Source of the DNA: Colwellia polaris
GTDB taxonomy: Archaea; Nanohalarchaeota; Nanosalinia; Nanosalinales; Nanosalinaceae
Length of the DNA: 64,000 nt
Reading direction: 5' to 3'
NCBI GenBank assembly: GCA_047617785.1
Contig: JBLGBK010000002.1
Location: 1 to 64,000 of the forward strand
This document shows positions 12,133 through 22,239 of this stretch, piece after piece (position 1 is the stretch's first letter; the number at the start of each line of letters is the position of its first letter). The position numbers were made by a program, and so were the translations under genes. The notes under the pieces were generated by a model. That model saw only the letters and a list, made by a program, of their open reading frames with translations, made no database searches and was not told the origin of the DNA.

Positions 12133-12806
12133 TGAGTAGCGAATAGATGTTTCTTCAAGTTTTCAACTTCAGATATATTTTCCTGTATTCTACCGTCATC
12201 TAGAAACAATACATTGTCACACATTTCTTCGGCTAGATCAAGTAAGTGAGTACAGAGGAAGATACTGCCAGTATTCTCTGCGTATTCTTTGAAGAGCTTC
12301 TTTGCCTCTTCCTGTATAAATGGATCCAAGTTGATCAATGGTTCGTCGATGAAGACAAGCTCTGGTTCGTGGAAAAAGGCCTGTATAATCATAAGTTTCT
12401 GTCTCTCTCCCTTAGATAACTCTTTGGTTGGTTTATCCATTTTACCTTCTAGATTGAACCTTTCTATCCATTTCTGTTTAACTATTTCTGTATCACGTAT
12501 ATCTGCGATGTACTGAAGATATTCATTACCAGTGAGAAAGCTTGGCGGATCTTCTCGTTCTGGTAGAACTCCCAGATGTTTTCTGAGCTCTACTGGATCG
12601 TCCCACGGGTCTCTTCCAAGAACTTCGACTTTTCCTTTATCTCTCTGAATCTGGCCTGTCAGTATCTGCACGGTTGTAGATTTACCTGCCCCGTTAGGCC
12701 CTATTAGGCCAGTTATGCTGTTTTCCTCCATCTCAAAGCTTAGGTCTTCTAGAACCGTATTGCCACCATAGGACTTGGAGAGATTATCTATTTCTATTAC
12801 AGACAT
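12129..12806 (-). CDS. ABC transporter ATP-binding protein
   Basis: GPNGAGKST, LSKGERQK, FIDEP, CTH motifs. Confidence 0.95.
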   Translation of the reverse strand: MSVIEIDNLSKSYGGNTVLEDLSFEMEENSITGLIGPNGAGKSTTVQILTGQIQRDKGKVEVLGRDPWDDPVELRKHLGVLPEREDPPSFLTGNEYLQYIADIRDTEIVKQKWIERFNLEGKMDKPTKELSKGERQKLMIIQAFFHEPELVFIDEPLINLDPFIQEEAKKLFKEYAENTGSIFLCTHLLDLAEEMCDNVLFLDDGRIQENISEVENLKKHLFATQ

Positions 12807-12884
12807 AAATCTTCTAAACTAAATTTGGTGTTCGCCGAATTAAATAGTAACTAACATAGACGTAACCGCGGCGGAAAAGGTAAA

Positions 12885-12985
12885 ATTAGAGTGGTTCAGA
12901 GGTGTTCAAAGTTTTCATCACCCAGGATTTTGTATCTCCCGTCAGAAACTTAGGTTCCTCATCATCACCGGAAAAACCATTTAAT
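12885..12985 (-). ncRNA. Box C/D methylation-guide sRNA, predicted target 23S A-loop G2553 (E. coli numbering)
   Basis: On the minus strand: box C RTGATGA (within 12959-12968), D' CTGA (12942-12945), stem CGGGA/TCCTG, C' GTGATGA (12915-12921), D CTGA (12896-12899), terminal stem TGGTT/AACCA. D guide TGAACACCT pairs with 23S 8414-8422. Confidence 0.85.
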
Positions 12986-12987
12986 AG

Positions 12988-13503
12988 CTATTCTTCGTGG
13001 TATACTCCGCTATAACCTTCTTCTGTCTCCCGAATCTTTTCAAAGACTATCTGATTCAAACGCGCATTCTCTTTAATCTCGACTCCTTCAGAATTGTCAA
13101 CTGAGATCTTGAAGCTGCCGGTACCTGTAAAACCCGAGTCCCATACTGCATTTTCAATAGTCACTCCCATGCGCAGAAGGGATGAGCGCGGATAGGCATA
13201 CCCTACAAGATTATTTGGTATGTCAACCTTCTCGTTCATCACAACCTTGTATGTTCCTTGTTCAAGCTCCCACCATCCATACTCGTCTTCTTGATTCTTT
13301 TTCTCTGGTTGAATAGGTGTTGACTCCGGTACCTCTCGTTCATCATTCGAGAAGTCCAGTTTACCAGAGTCTTCATATCTGTGGATTTCAGCTGCTGTAA
13401 GATCAAAACCTTGTGGCGTCAACTGTGTATCAAGATGGACATAGTTCTGTATCAGTCCTTGCTCTTCAATCAGTTCACGGAGCTGTTCTCGATTCAAAGT
13501 CAT
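12988..13503 (-). CDS. dut: Trimeric dUTPase / dCTP deaminase family
   Basis: GFDL, PRSSLLRMG, AVWDSGFTG, RLNQIVF and C-terminal YSGVY motifs. Confidence 0.88.
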   Translation of the reverse strand: MTLNREQLRELIEEQGLIQNYVHLDTQLTPQGFDLTAAEIHRYEDSGKLDFSNDEREVPESTPIQPEKKNQEDEYGWWELEQGTYKVVMNEKVDIPNNLVGYAYPRSSLLRMGVTIENAVWDSGFTGTGSFKISVDNSEGVEIKENARLNQIVFEKIRETEEGYSGVYHEE

Positions 13504-13611
13504 ACTGAAAAATAGTCTGCGGAAATGTATTAAGTTTTCCAGTGAAAAGTACGGAAGCGCATAAAAAACTGGCTTAAACAGTGATTGTATTGTAATACAG
13601 GTAATTCAAAA

Positions 13612-14922
13612 ATGATTGACAGAACATACACACACGATATAACACCGGAAGATGACGGTGAAACAGTCAGCGTAGCTGGCTGGGCACATGAAATCAGAGA
13701 CCTTGGAGGTCTAACGTTTGTAATTCTACGAGACCGAGAGGGGCAGATCCAGGTAACATTCAAAGAAGATGATAATGAAGAGCTTTTCGAGAAAGCGCAG
13801 GAAATAGGTAAAGAAGACCTTATTCACGTAACAGGTACTGTAGAGGAGACAGACCAAGCTCCAGGCAACAGAGAGCTTAAACCAGATTCTCTAGAAGTTA
13901 TCGGAGAAGCAGAAAGCCCACTACCTATGGACATCTCCAAAGATATCGATTCCGATCTATCAACACGACTCGATAATCGATTTATCGACCTTAGAAAGCC
14001 AGAAATTCACGCAATCTTCTCACTCAAATCCAAAGCAATGAACGCAATGGAAGACTGGTTTGAGGAAGACGGTTACATCAACATCGACACCCCTCTAATT
14101 TCAAAAGGAGGAGCAGAAGGAGGAGCAGAACTTTTCCCAGTAATCTACTATGAAGAAGAAGCCTTCCTATCCCAAAGCCCACAACTATACAAGCAGATGC
14201 TTATGGCTGCCGGATTCGACAAAGTCTACGAAACAGGAACAGCATTCAGAGCAGAAGACTTCGCAACTTCACGGCACGTCTCCGAGATCGCGATGTTCGA
14301 CGTAGAACTCGCATTCATAGAAGACCACCACGACGTAATGGACGTACACGAAGAAAGCCTGCGACACACACTAAGAGAAGTTAAGAAGAACGCAGCTGAT
14401 GAACTTGATATCCTGGACGTCGATCTAACAGTACCGGAAGAGGACTTCCCACGCATCACATTCGAGGAAGCACGTGAAATCCTGAAGGAAGAATACGATC
14501 ACGTTCCTGAGGACGAAGGCGATCTAGACACCAAAGGAGAGAAGCTTCTCGGAGAATACTTCGAGGAGAAAGGACATCCAGCATTCTTTGTCATCGGTTA
14601 TCCTGGCGAAAAGTTCTACTACATGCAGGAAATCGAAGGTGACGACGTAGCAAGCCGAAAGTTTGACCTGATCTACAAAGGGCAGGAACTATCCAGCGGA
14701 GGACAGAGACAGCACGACTTCGACACACTGGTTGAATGGATGGAGAAACAAGGCGTTGACAAGTCCAACTTCAGCTTCTATCTAGAAGCGTTCAAGTTCG
14801 GTATGCCTCCACACGGAGGATACGGAATGGGGATCGACAGACTGATCCAGAAGATCGCAGAACTGGACAACATCAAGGAAGCAATTCTATTCCCACGAGA
14901 TCCAGACAGACTAACGCCTTAA
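13612..14922 (+). CDS. aspS: Aspartate--tRNA ligase (archaeal type, probably non-discriminating)
   Basis: [10 protein letters not shown] fold, [42 protein letters not shown]; start placed at ATG 13612. Confidence 0.96.
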   Translation: MIDRTYTHDITPEDDGETVSVAGWAHEIRDLGGLTFVILRDREGQIQVTFKEDDNEELFEKAQEIGKEDLIHVTGTVEETDQAPGNRELKPDSLEVIGEAESPLPMDISKDIDSDLSTRLDNRFIDLRKPEIHAIFSLKSKAMNAMEDWFEEDGYINIDTPLISKGGAEGGAELFPVIYYEEEAFLSQSPQLYKQMLMAAGFDKVYETGTAFRAEDFATSRHVSEIAMFDVELAFIEDHHDVMDVHEESLRHTLREVKKNAADELDILDVDLTVPEEDFPRITFEEAREILKEEYDHVPEDEGDLDTKGEKLLGEYFEEKGHPAFFVIGYPGEKFYYMQEIEGDDVASRKFDLIYKGQELSSGGQRQHDFDTLVEWMEKQGVDKSNFSFYLEAFKFGMPPHGGYGMGIDRLIQKIAELDNIKEAILFPRDPDRLTP

Positions 14923-14943
14923 TCTCCTCTCTTACTTTCTTTT

Positions 14944-15273
14944 TTATTTCTCTTTTAGTTTCTTCCAGCAATACCTAACTAGCGCTCCGCCAAGAATCAG
15001 ATACGGTACAATTACCGAAATTACGAACACCCAGAACATTAGCACCAATATACCTAGCCCTGAAGAAGCAAGAAACACCATTAAAGTACCTAATACAGGA
15101 AATAGGGCGGCAACGCAAAGCGAATACTTTGAGCTACATTCAAATCCTTTGTAGTATGCGTAAGTTGAGATTGGCGGTAAGATAATTAGAGGCGAAACAA
15201 TATAGAGTACAAACCTCAGTTCTGGAGAACCTGACGATAAGTAGTAGAAAACCAGTAATGAGAACAGGCTCAA
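14944..15273 (-). CDS. Small membrane protein; start uncertain, possibly degenerate
   Basis: Hydrophobic 109 aa; the frame stays open about 25 codons upstream without an ATG. Confidence 0.5.
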   Translation of the reverse strand: MSLFSLLVFYYLSSGSPELRFVLYIVSPLIILPPISTYAYYKGFECSSKYSLCVAALFPVLGTLMVFLASSGLGILVLMFWVFVISVIVPYLILGGALVRYCWKKLKEK

Positions 15274-15487
15274 CGCAGCTTGAATAGAAAGAACAACTTT
15301 TCTGTCCGAAAGCCTGCTTTCTGAGAATTTACGTTTAAGTTTGTAACTTCAGAATAGATTACACCATTCCTCTACTTTTAATACCACGTTGAAAAATAGA
15401 GATATTTTCTGTCATCAAACCCTAACACTGTCTAGTTGAGTCACTTTCCCTGCCGTTTTTTAACCTACAGAACCATATCATAAATGC

Positions 15488-18037
15488 ATGGTAGAGCAGG
15501 AACTAGAGCAGAAAAGCGAGGAAGAGAATAATAGAGAAGCCAAGGGAAAGACCAAGATAAACAAGGTCACCTCCAAAGGATTCAAGTCTTTCCAGCGTAA
15601 AACAGCTGTACCATTCTACGAAGGACTTACCGCTATCGTTGGAGAGAACGGATCTGGTAAATCCAATATTATAGACGGCATGAGTTTTGTTTTCGGACGT
15701 AGAAGCTCCAAACTTCGTGCAGAAAAAATGGAGCAGCTTATTTTCAACGGCGGAGAATCACGTAGCGAAGCCGACTTTGCGCATGTAACCGTATATCTAG
15801 ACAATTCTTCCGGAATTTTTGATGAATTTTTGGACGAAGATGAAGAAGCTGAGGAAGTAACTGTCGGACGTAAGATCACACGTGCGGGATCCTCAATGTA
15901 TAAATTCCAAGGAACGAATTGCAAGCGAGAACTTATCGACAGATTAGCCAACAAAGCCGGCATAGACCCAGAAGGATACCACTTCGTACGACAGGGGAAG
16001 GTGACAGAAATCGTTGAGCAGAGCGCAGTCGAGAGAAGACAGGTTATAGACGAGCTTTCCGGAGTACAAGAGTTCGACGAGAAACGTGATGAGGCTCTAG
16101 ACGAACTTGAAGAAGTAGAGGACAAGCTACAGCAGAAAGAAATGGTTTTAGAGGAAAAAAAGAATCTTGTAGACAAACTAGAAGAGGATAAAGAACTTGC
16201 TATAAAATACAGAGAGCTTGAAGAACGGAAGAAGAAACTAGAAGCATCTATACTCGAAGTAAGAAAGAGGGCATTAAGCAACCAGCTAGCAAATATAAAT
16301 ACTGACGTATCCGAGCAGAAAGAGGAAATTGAAGAGCTTGAAAGCGATCTTGAAGAAATAGACGATAAGATAGACGAGAAAGAAGGTCGTATAGATGAAA
16401 TCGATGAAAAACAGAGCAACAGCGGAGATAACGACCTACAACACCTTGAGAACCGTATAGAGAAGAAGAAAGGAGAGCTTGAGAACAAGAGAGAAAAGAA
16501 AAGCGATCTTGAAGATACTCTTGAGAACCTGAAAAAGATGCAGAACAGCGGAGGTAACGCTTCAAGAGCAGTAAAAGCAGTCCTCAATATGGACAGCGAC
16601 AAAATATACGGAACTGTAGAAGGATTAATTTCAACAGAAAGCCGTTTCTCAACCGCAATACAGACAGCAGGCGGCAGCAGATTGAGCAGTATAGTTGTAG
16701 AAGATAAGAATACAGCTGTAGATGCAATCAACTATCTAAAAAGAAAAAATATCGGGAGAGCGCGTACATTGCCTCTCGACAAACTAAATACTAAGAGTAA
16801 GAGCGCTAAATCAAAGATAGCGAAGAAAAAGAAAGGGGTTATCGATTACGCCTCCGAACTGATAGAATATAACGGCAAGTATCAGAAAGCTATTGACAAC
16901 GTTTTCAGCGACACACTTATAGCAGAAGATCTTGACTCCGTGAAAAGTATTGACGGCGTCCGTGTCGTAACTCTAGACGGCGACATTATGAGCCGAGGAG
17001 GAGCTATGACCGGAGGAGCCAAGAAAAAAAAGAGTAGCAACAAATCTCTTTCCAAAAGCCTGAATCCTGAAGAGAAGAAAAAAGAGATTGAAGAGATAGA
17101 AGACGACATTACAGGCCTTCAGAAAGATATTGCCGAGCTCAAGCAAATGAAAGAAAGAAAAGAAGAGGAAGGAAGCACAGATGAAGATTTCTTAGAAGAG
17201 AAGCGAGAACTTAGAGACGAGCTTAGCGATCTGCGTGACGAAAGGCAAGATAAGTACAGCCGTATACAGAAGCTGAAAACTAAGATTGATGATGTAGGAA
17301 GTAAGAAGGCACGTTTCAAAGCTGAACTGGAAAATGTTAAGGAAGACGAGGAAGAGTACGAATACGATGAAGATGAGCTTATAGGCCTTGATTCAAGCCC
17401 TGAAGACTTGAAGAAGAAGAAAAAGAAGGTGCTTCGGAAGCAGAACTCGATGGGTCCTGTTAACATGCGTGCAATCGAAGAATACAAGGAGAAAAAAGAA
17501 GAATACAAGGAATTCAAAGACACCGTTTCCGAGATACGACAAGAGAAACTGGAGATCGAAGACTTTATTGACGAGGTAGAGCAGCAAAAGCGCGACAGAT
17601 TTATGGACACTCTTGTTGAAATACAAGACAACTTCAGCCGTATATTCGAACAGTTATTCGAAGGAGGAAAAGGAAAGCTCATACTCGAAGACGATAACAT
17701 TGAGAAAGGCTTGAAAATCCGTGCAGCACCCCCAAACAAAGAACCACACATAATCGATGCTCTTTCAGGAGGGGAAAAAACAATGACGGCGATCGCATTT
17801 GTATTCGCCATACTTGAATACGAAGAATCACCTTTCTACATCATGGACGAAATAGACGCAGCTCTAGACAAGACCAACTCAAAGAAGCTTTCAGAACTTC
17901 TGAAAGAGTATGCAGACGACAACCAATTCATCGTTATCAGCCATAACGACATTACGGTACGGCACGCAGAAAGAGCATACGGCGTATCAATGCGTGACGG
18001 CGTTTCAAAGATGCGAAGCATAGAACTCGATGCTTGA
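15488..18037 (+). CDS. smc: Chromosome segregation protein Smc (short-armed, 849 aa)
   Basis: GFKSF, GENGSGKSN, Q-loop RQG, hinge GRARTLPL/VTLDGD..GAMTGG, GPVNMRAIEEY, LSGGEK, MDEIDAALD, ISH. Confidence 0.95.
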   Translation: MVEQELEQKSEEENNREAKGKTKINKVTSKGFKSFQRKTAVPFYEGLTAIVGENGSGKSNIIDGMSFVFGRRSSKLRAEKMEQLIFNGGESRSEADFAHVTVYLDNSSGIFDEFLDEDEEAEEVTVGRKITRAGSSMYKFQGTNCKRELIDRLANKAGIDPEGYHFVRQGKVTEIVEQSAVERRQVIDELSGVQEFDEKRDEALDELEEVEDKLQQKEMVLEEKKNLVDKLEEDKELAIKYRELEERKKKLEASILEVRKRALSNQLANINTDVSEQKEEIEELESDLEEIDDKIDEKEGRIDEIDEKQSNSGDNDLQHLENRIEKKKGELENKREKKSDLEDTLENLKKMQNSGGNASRAVKAVLNMDSDKIYGTVEGLISTESRFSTAIQTAGGSRLSSIVVEDKNTAVDAINYLKRKNIGRARTLPLDKLNTKSKSAKSKIAKKKKGVIDYASELIEYNGKYQKAIDNVFSDTLIAEDLDSVKSIDGVRVVTLDGDIMSRGGAMTGGAKKKKSSNKSLSKSLNPEEKKKEIEEIEDDITGLQKDIAELKQMKERKEEEGSTDEDFLEEKRELRDELSDLRDERQDKYSRIQKLKTKIDDVGSKKARFKAELENVKEDEEEYEYDEDELIGLDSSPEDLKKKKKKVLRKQNSMGPVNMRAIEEYKEKKEEYKEFKDTVSEIRQEKLEIEDFIDEVEQQKRDRFMDTLVEIQDNFSRIFEQLFEGGKGKLILEDDNIEKGLKIRAAPPNKEPHIIDALSGGEKTMTAIAFVFAILEYEESPFYIMDEIDAALDKTNSKKLSELLKEYADDNQFIVISHNDITVRHAERAYGVSMRDGVSKMRSIELDA

Positions 18038-18142
18038 GATAACAGGTTAAATAAAAAACTCCAAAAACTTATTTAGTAATACAAAGGGTTGGGGGACCTA
18101 ATTACAGGGGAGTAAAGAACAGAGCTGAAAAAAAAAAGAATA

Positions 18143-18859
18143 ATGCAGGATTTCGAACCACAGGAAGTCAACCATCTTAACTGGGAAGAAACACTTGAGT
18201 TCCTGACCCAGGATATGCCCGCCGAAGAAATAGACATAGCAGTTCTAGCAGATAGGTACAGAGAATACATACAGGAAATGGAAAAATATGACCTGAAAGT
18301 GCCTGCGAAAGCAATACGTATTTGTTCAGCTCTACTCAATATGAAAACTGCAGTTCTTCTCATGGATGAAGATCAGAGAGAGGAGTCTGTAGAAGAAGTT
18401 GAAGAGGAACTTGAAGCAGAAATCGAAGGCGAGGAGGAGGAAGACTCAACTGTTGAAATAGAAGACCCTCCAGAACTCGACATACCTGTAAAACAGAAAC
18501 CAAAGCGACGAGTACATCTCAACGAACTGAAAGACTCTCTACGCGATGCTATGCAGGTAAAGGAACAACGAGAGCAGAGAGTCGAGAGACGTGAACAAAT
18601 CGACGAACAGTTCGAAATGGACGAAGACGATTTAGAATCCAAACTCAACAATCTTTTATCAAGTATTAAAGGTCTGGTAAGCAGCAAGACACGTCGAAAA
18701 ATAGATTTCAACAACCTCATAGAACAAAATGACAATGAAGAGAAAATCGAAAAGTTCAAACACATACTACACCTTGAAAACGACGAAAAAGTCGATATCA
18801 TACAGGAAGAATTCCTAGGCGATCTCGAAGTAAAACCGGACGAGGAGGCAGCATCATAA
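18143..18859 (+). CDS. scpA: Kleisin ScpA
   Basis: EIDIAVLADRY N-terminus, RRVHLNELKDSL, FKHILHLE..VDIIQEEFLGDL winged helix; follows smc. Confidence 0.9.
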   Translation: MQDFEPQEVNHLNWEETLEFLTQDMPAEEIDIAVLADRYREYIQEMEKYDLKVPAKAIRICSALLNMKTAVLLMDEDQREESVEEVEEELEAEIEGEEEEDSTVEIEDPPELDIPVKQKPKRRVHLNELKDSLRDAMQVKEQREQRVERREQIDEQFEMDEDDLESKLNNLLSSIKGLVSSKTRRKIDFNNLIEQNDNEEKIEKFKHILHLENDEKVDIIQEEFLGDLEVKPDEEAAS

Positions 18860-18860
18860 A

Positions 18861-19394
18861 ATGGAAGAGAAAAAAGCACTACTAGAATCAGCACTTTATC
18901 TAGCAGAAGAACCTGTGGACAAAGAAGAAATAGCGGATATCCTAAGCCTTGGAAGCATGGGATACGTCGACATGCTTATAGAAGAGTTCAGCGACGAACT
19001 AGAGGAAGAAAACCGGGGACTTGAATTAGTTGAAACCCCTCAAGGATACGAATTAAAGGTCAAAAACCAGCATATCGATAAGGTCGATCACCTGGCTCCT
19101 CATCAAGATCTAAGCAGTGCAGAAGTGCGTACGCTTAGCCTAATAGCCTACAATGCGCCGGTAGAACAAACAGACATAGTAGATATCCGTGGAAACCGTG
19201 CATATCAGCACATCAAAGAACTTGTAAACCGCGGATTCATTAACAAAGAAAAGGACGGCCGAACCGCCATCCTATCTACAACGGATCACTTTTTGGATTA
19301 TTTTGGTCTAGAGAGCACACAGCAATTCAAGCAAGAGTACGACAATGAAGAAGCTGGTAGAGAAGGAAACCAGCAAGGCGTTGACATGTTCTGA
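18861..19394 (+). CDS. scpB: Kite subunit ScpB
   Basis: LESALYL, TLSLIAYNAPV..DIVDIRG, TTDHFLDYFGL. Confidence 0.94.
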   Translation: MEEKKALLESALYLAEEPVDKEEIADILSLGSMGYVDMLIEEFSDELEEENRGLELVETPQGYELKVKNQHIDKVDHLAPHQDLSSAEVRTLSLIAYNAPVEQTDIVDIRGNRAYQHIKELVNRGFINKEKDGRTAILSTTDHFLDYFGLESTQQFKQEYDNEEAGREGNQQGVDMF

Positions 19395-19435
19395 TAAACA
19401 GGGTTTTTTGTAACTCACCGGTCCAATCTTCTAAC

Positions 19436-21334
19436 ATGGAACTGACAAGCCTGGATTTATCCATACAGATGGAAGATCTCCAGCAACTGGAAGGAGGGCA
19501 CGTCCAGAAAGCATATCAGAGAGAAAAAGAGCTATCTCTAGAGATTTATATCCCAGGTGACGGAAAGAAGCGATTGATAATCGGACCTAACTACACATTT
19601 ATATCTAAATACAAGCGGGACAATCCAACACGGCCTCCCGGCTTCTGCATGGAACTAAGAAAACACCTAGGCAAGATTACAAAAATTAGACAGGTCGGAT
19701 TTGATCGCATCCTCGAGATAGAGACTGGAGATACTAAACTAATATGCGAGATATATGGAAGAGGAAACTATGTACTAACTAAAGAAGATAAGATAATAGG
19801 AGCTCTGCGAGAGGAGATATGGCAGGATAGAGAAATTACAGTTGGTGAAAAATACGAATATCCTGACCCAACGCAAGATCCAAGAGAAATGGAGGACTAC
19901 GTCGGCAATCTAGATGAAGGAGACGTCGTAAGAAAGATTGCATCTAATCTCAGCCTCGGTGGAACGTACGCAGAAGAGATAATCAGTCGAACTGGGATCG
20001 ACAAGGAGAAGAATACCGAAGATCTTACTGAAGAGGAAAAAGAACGTTTGAACACAGAGATAAATACTCTTATCGAGGATGAACGTAGCGCAGTACTCTA
20101 CAAAGACGAACACGACTTCCCTGTAAGAGCCTCTCCTTTCCACCTGGAAACATATAGCGACAAGAAATCAGAGGAGTTTGAACAGTTCTCAGAGGCACTC
20201 GACGAATATTTCTACCGTAAAGAGCGTAAGAAGAAAGAGAAAAAGAAGAGAGAAGCATATCAGGAGAAACGTCAAGGACTGGAAGCTCAGAAAAACCAGC
20301 AGGAACATAAAATCGAAGGATTGAAGAAATCAGCCGAGCAGAAGCGCGAGGATGCCGAAGCTATTTACGAAAACTATCAACTTCTAAATCGTATCAAGAA
20401 TACTATTGAAGACGCTGTCAAAGAACACGGCTGGGACGAAACAAGAGAAACCATTCAAGACGCAGATAACGAAGAAGCAGAGCGAATCAACTCTTTAAAC
20501 GAGCAGAACAACTTTATATCAGTAGATGTAGGAAATCAAAACCTGAAAATTTATCTCAATCAGGATCTAGAAGCCACAGCATCACAATTCTACGATAAGG
20601 CTAAAAACTCAGAAGAAAAAATCGAGTCAGCGAAGAAAGCCCTAGAGAAGACAGAGGAACAGCTTGAAGACCTTGGAGAGGAAGACATACAGATCGAAGA
20701 CGTTATGGAAGACAAGACGCAGAAGAGAAGTAAAGAATGGTTTGAGAAGTACCGCTGGTTCTACAGCAGCGACAATCACTTAGTCATAATCGGTCGTGAT
20801 GCACAGACAAACGAGATGGCTGTGAAGAAGCACATGGAGCCTAATGACCTATACTTACACGCTGACTTTGATGGCGCACCAAGTGTTGTGATCAAAGACG
20901 GTCAAGATGCTCCAGAGGCTACACGAGAAGAGGCTGCGCAGGCAGGTCTAACCTTCACGAAGAACTGGAAAGCAGGGATTACCGCAGGAGACGTATACTA
21001 TGTGGATCCTGACCAGGTTACAAAGGAGCCGGAAAGTGGAGAGTACCTTACAAAAGGCGCCTTCGTCATCCGAGGAGACCGCGAATACATGCACAATGTG
21101 AAAGTCAACTGCGCAGTAGGAGCATACCAGATCGAAGACACGTGGGTGCCAATGGCCGGTCCCGAATCGGCAATAAAACAGAACTGCGAAGAACACATAG
21201 TTATCCAGCCAGGACACAAAAAGAAGTCGGAGATAGCGAAGAAAATCAACAAGCATTTCGAGGACTACAACCTGGACTTAGATTATATCATTAGAAGTCT
21301 TCCTCCCGGAAAGTCTGAAATTAAAAACAGTTGA
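19436..21334 (+). CDS. rqcH: Ribosome quality-control factor Rqc2/RqcH (NFACT/NEMF family)
   Basis: FCMELRKHL, QVGFDRI, WFEKYRWF, GRDAQTNE, HADFDGAP, GEYLTKGAFVIRG. Confidence 0.93.
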   Translation: MELTSLDLSIQMEDLQQLEGGHVQKAYQREKELSLEIYIPGDGKKRLIIGPNYTFISKYKRDNPTRPPGFCMELRKHLGKITKIRQVGFDRILEIETGDTKLICEIYGRGNYVLTKEDKIIGALREEIWQDREITVGEKYEYPDPTQDPREMEDYVGNLDEGDVVRKIASNLSLGGTYAEEIISRTGIDKEKNTEDLTEEEKERLNTEINTLIEDERSAVLYKDEHDFPVRASPFHLETYSDKKSEEFEQFSEALDEYFYRKERKKKEKKKREAYQEKRQGLEAQKNQQEHKIEGLKKSAEQKREDAEAIYENYQLLNRIKNTIEDAVKEHGWDETRETIQDADNEEAERINSLNEQNNFISVDVGNQNLKIYLNQDLEATASQFYDKAKNSEEKIESAKKALEKTEEQLEDLGEEDIQIEDVMEDKTQKRSKEWFEKYRWFYSSDNHLVIIGRDAQTNEMAVKKHMEPNDLYLHADFDGAPSVVIKDGQDAPEATREEAAQAGLTFTKNWKAGITAGDVYYVDPDQVTKEPESGEYLTKGAFVIRGDREYMHNVKVNCAVGAYQIEDTWVPMAGPESAIKQNCEEHIVIQPGHKKKSEIAKKINKHFEDYNLDLDYIIRSLPPGKSEIKNS

Positions 21335-21478
21335 AACCCAAGTGTGCAGACATGGAGGTCCATCAACCACTTCAAAATATCTGCAATAGTTTCACCAGTA
21401 TCTGTAGCCGCAAGTTTCGGTACCTCAAATACGCATCCTACCAAGAAGACGTAATAGAAGTCTAAACCAGATATACGT

Positions 21479-21551
21479 GGCGGGGTAGTTTAGCGGACTA
21501 TAATCGTACAGTGGGGCTGTACGGACCCGGGTTCAAATCCCGGCCCTGCCA
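21479..21551 (+). tRNA. tRNA-Pro(GGG)
   Basis: Acceptor GGCGGGG/CCCTGCC+A, anticodon arm GTACA-gtGGGgc-TGTAC, T arm CCGGGTTCAAATCCCGG. Confidence 0.85.
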
Positions 21552-21556
21552 ACCCT

Positions 21557-22195
21557 TCAGAAATCTTCTGCTTCTATCTCGTCTTGGAACTGACGTACTG
21601 CTTCCTGATACCTGATTAAACGCTTCTCAGCCACTTCTCGCGTCTTATCAAAGTTGAAGGTTTCTATTTCTTCAGCTCTTCGCGGTACAAGTTCTTCCCA
21701 GAAATAGCCTGGCAGTTCATCAATCTCTCTTTCCGTCTGTGAGGAGTAATGGATCATTCGCCAGAGATCATGGACCCCATAGCTGTAGAGATGGTCGGCA
21801 TCCTGCAATATTTTGCCTTCAAGAGTTTCTGGCTCAGAATGATGGTTTTGTATAAGTTTCTTTACTTTCTCAACCTTTTCTTTATCCAGAACATCGTCTA
21901 TGTATTCTGGCACTATTTCTGCACCCTGTTCATCGTGTCCTTCATGGTTTTCGAACGGGTCTAGAAATCCGTCTTCTATATCTTCTGAACGGCCAATATC
22001 GTGGAAAAGAGCTGCTGCTTCAAGCACCCTTATATCGACTTCTTCATCAACATTATCAGCCAGTTTCAAGGCGTATTTTCTGACAGAGGTAAGATGATGG
22101 TATCGGAAGTTTTTGCCCCCACCTTTCTCTATATAGTCAGAAAACTCTTTGCGTAGACGTTCTTTCAAGGTCTGCAGTTCTTCTCCAGTTAACAT
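21557..22195 (-). CDS. HD-domain phosphohydrolase
   Basis: H...AALFHDIGR...H...HH...LQDAD motif set. Confidence 0.9.
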   Translation of the reverse strand: MLTGEELQTLKERLRKEFSDYIEKGGGKNFRYHHLTSVRKYALKLADNVDEEVDIRVLEAAALFHDIGRSEDIEDGFLDPFENHEGHDEQGAEIVPEYIDDVLDKEKVEKVKKLIQNHHSEPETLEGKILQDADHLYSYGVHDLWRMIHYSSQTEREIDELPGYFWEELVPRRAEEIETFNFDKTREVAEKRLIRYQEAVRQFQDEIEAEDF

Positions 22196-22239
22196 TACAA
22201 TCTAGACTTGGTCGGTTAAATCCATAAGAATTTGGGCAA

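Noticed and set aside
18128-18137. A10 run upstream of scpA as a phase-variation tract
   Set aside because: Intergenic in an A-rich genome, with no evidence of length variation.
15616-18894. Long Ser/Phe-rich antisense ORFs opposite smc and scpA (similar ones occur opposite other genes)
   Set aside because: Shadow frames produced by GAA/AAA-rich sense codons.
21352-21465. 37-codon ORF or gene remnant before tRNA-Pro
   Set aside because: Too short, atypical composition and no recognisable motif.
21479-21551. Reading this tRNA as His(GTG)
   Set aside because: GTG is off-centre in the loop and lacks a preceding U33; GGG is correctly placed.
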